In this document: in pieces, positions 62,436-64,000 of the stretch
Position numbering within the stretch: position 1 is the first letter of the stretch
Layout: the number at the start of each line of letters is the position of its first letter
Source: an uncultured Chlamydiae bacterium
Lineage (GTDB): Bacteria; Chlamydiota; Chlamydiia; Chlamydiales; Parachlamydiaceae
Assembly (NCBI GenBank): GCA_963830365.1
Contig: CAWHMU010000040.1
Span: 34,154 to 98,153, forward strand
Direction: 5' to 3'
DNA length: 64,000 bases
Notes under the pieces: generated by a model
What the model saw: the letters and a program-made list of their open reading frames with translations, nothing else
Told to the model about the DNA's origin: nothing
The model's database searches: none
Translations under genes and position numbers: made by a program

Positions 62436-63968
62436 ATGAACACAGCGGAAATATCACTAGAACAGCCCTTGCAAGAAGTCGAAATCTTAAAGAAAGAAAT
62501 CGCCTTTCTAAACGAGCAAATTGCTTGGTTTAAGCGACAACTGTTCGGTCAAAAATCCGAGAAACTGGTCGATGCGCAAAACTCTGAACAACTCTCCTTC
62601 GAGGGTTTGGAAGAACCTTCCTCCGCTGAAGAAAAAAAACGGCTCGTCCCCGCTCATCATCGTTCCATTAACAAGACCAAAGGCAAGGACAAAATCGTTC
62701 TGCCGGAAGATCTGCCTATAGAAAAGCAGATTCTCGACTTGCCAGAATCTGAAAAGATTTGCCCTGAAACTGGTAAACCTTTAGTGAAGATTGGCGAAGA
62801 AATTACATCCAAGCTGGCTCACAAACCGGGCAGCTATTACATCAAACAAATCGTCAGATCTAAGTATGGCCTTCCTGAAGGCGAAGGCGTTGTGACTCCT
62901 GAATTGCCTGCAAGTCTTTTAGATCGCTGTCTTGCTGACGACAGCCTACTTGCCGACATTGCAGTCAAAAAATTCGCAGACCATCTTCCCATCTATCGTC
63001 AAGCTGAAATCATGTCCCGTCAGGGCATTTTTATTAGCAGACAAGTTCTTTGTCAGTGGGTGACCCGTGCCGGAAAGGCCTTAAAACCTCTCTATAACGA
63101 GATGTTGGATAGAGTGTTAAGAAGTGGTAACGTTTTCTATGATGAGACTCCTATTGCTATGCTAGAGCCCGGTAGAGGAAAGACCCGTCAAGCTTACATG
63201 TGGGTCTTAGTAGGGGGAAACTCGGCAGCGCCTTCCTATCGAATCTATGATTTTTGCAATAGTCGAGCTCATGATAATGCTGTAAGGCTATTAAATGGCT
63301 ATGACAAAGTGCTTCATTCCGACAAATATGGAGCTTATGAAGCATTGGCCAACAAGAAGCAATTCACCTGGTGTCCATGCTGGGCGCACATCAGGAGGAA
63401 ATTTATCGAAGCAGAAGTGGGCGATCTTAAGTTTCGAAACTGGGTTTTGATGAAGATTAGGCATCTTTTCATGCTTGAAAGAGTCGCATGGGCGCGATCG
63501 GAAAAGGAGCGGCTTCAAATTCGTCAAGAAAAAGCAGTTCCCATAATCGATGCTCTTATTGCGGCGATCAAAGGCAAGTTAGTTGACGGAAATATTCTAC
63601 CCAAATCCAAATTTAAAACAGCACTAGGGTATTTCTGCGGTTTGATTCCCTACTTGAAGAATTACACTCTGCATGCATTTGCCAGAATGGATAATAACGT
63701 GGCTGAGCGCGCTGTGCGCCCCCTCGCAATTGGTCGCAAAAACTGGCTTTTTGTGGGCAATGAGGACGGCGGCGAATCTGCGGCAGTGTTCTACTCTCTG
63801 ATTCAGACCTGCCGTGCGCTCAAAATTAATCCGAGAGACTATCTTGAATATGTGATGATGCGGTTGAACGGTCATCCTGCTTCAAAGCTTCACGAGCTCT
63901 TACCGGATAACTGGGCAGAAGCGCGCGCTTCGTTCGCTCAAATCGCCAAAGAGCCAGCCTTCCAATAA
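62436..63968 (+). CDS. tnpC: IS66 DDE transposase TnpC
   Basis: FG.KSEK, HLP.YRQ, DET, CWAH.RRKF, DNN.AERA.R..AIGRKNWLF, ELLP; start ATG 62436. Confidence 0.95.
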   Translation: MNTAEISLEQPLQEVEILKKEIAFLNEQIAWFKRQLFGQKSEKLVDAQNSEQLSFEGLEEPSSAEEKKRLVPAHHRSINKTKGKDKIVLPEDLPIEKQILDLPESEKICPETGKPLVKIGEEITSKLAHKPGSYYIKQIVRSKYGLPEGEGVVTPELPASLLDRCLADDSLLADIAVKKFADHLPIYRQAEIMSRQGIFISRQVLCQWVTRAGKALKPLYNEMLDRVLRSGNVFYDETPIAMLEPGRGKTRQAYMWVLVGGNSAAPSYRIYDFCNSRAHDNAVRLLNGYDKVLHSDKYGAYEALANKKQFTWCPCWAHIRRKFIEAEVGDLKFRNWVLMKIRHLFMLERVAWARSEKERLQIRQEKAVPIIDALIAAIKGKLVDGNILPKSKFKTALGYFCGLIPYLKNYTLHAFARMDNNVAERAVRPLAIGRKNWLFVGNEDGGESAAVFYSLIQTCRALKINPRDYLEYVMMRLNGHPASKLHELLPDNWAEARASFAQIAKEPAFQ

Positions 63969-64000
63969 TTATCACTTCAGGCTACATGGCCTTAATTGAC

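Larger units (their letters stand above)
61643..64000 (+). mobile_element. IS66-family element (right TIR cut by window edge)
   Basis: Left TIR GTAAGCGTCAATTTTAGCCAT; window ends ATGGCCTTAATTGAC (partial right TIR); tnpA-tnpB-tnpC order. Confidence 0.93.

Overview
Bacterial chromosomal window. Gene content (Ser-rich effector-like kinases, tandem-NTF2 protein, beta-barrel OMP) suggests an environmental Chlamydiota/Parachlamydiales-type endosymbiont; this is inference, no marker gene is present. Left to right: (1) a group 3b [NiFe]-hydrogenase operon on the minus strand (hydB, cNMP-binding protein, hydG, hydD, hydA, protease, short Zn-finger-less hypA, hypF running off the window); (2) four tandem paralogous Ser/Thr kinase-fold proteins with a WNK-like lysine arrangement, one split by IS1634 and one a pseudokinase; (3) umuDC, msrBA, HAD hydrolase, proBAC, an O-methyltransferase, CAP protein and pirin; (4) a divergent locus joining an EmrAB/TolC-type pump to an active plus a catalytically dead patatin and a membrane-anchored esterase; (5) a 755-bp-period triple tandem duplication of a methyltransferase 3' end carrying a second IS1634; (6) an IS110 element with a structured upstream non-coding region; (7) a type I-C CRISPR-Cas locus (11 repeats, 10 spacers) that abuts a truncated S9 peptidase, encodes an uncalled 47-aa ribbon-helix-helix protein between cas7 and cas4, and has cas3 interrupted by IS66. 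Intergenic DNA holds at least six families of palindromic REPIN/MITE-like elements, some nested three deep. All calls come from reading motifs by eye; no database searches were run.
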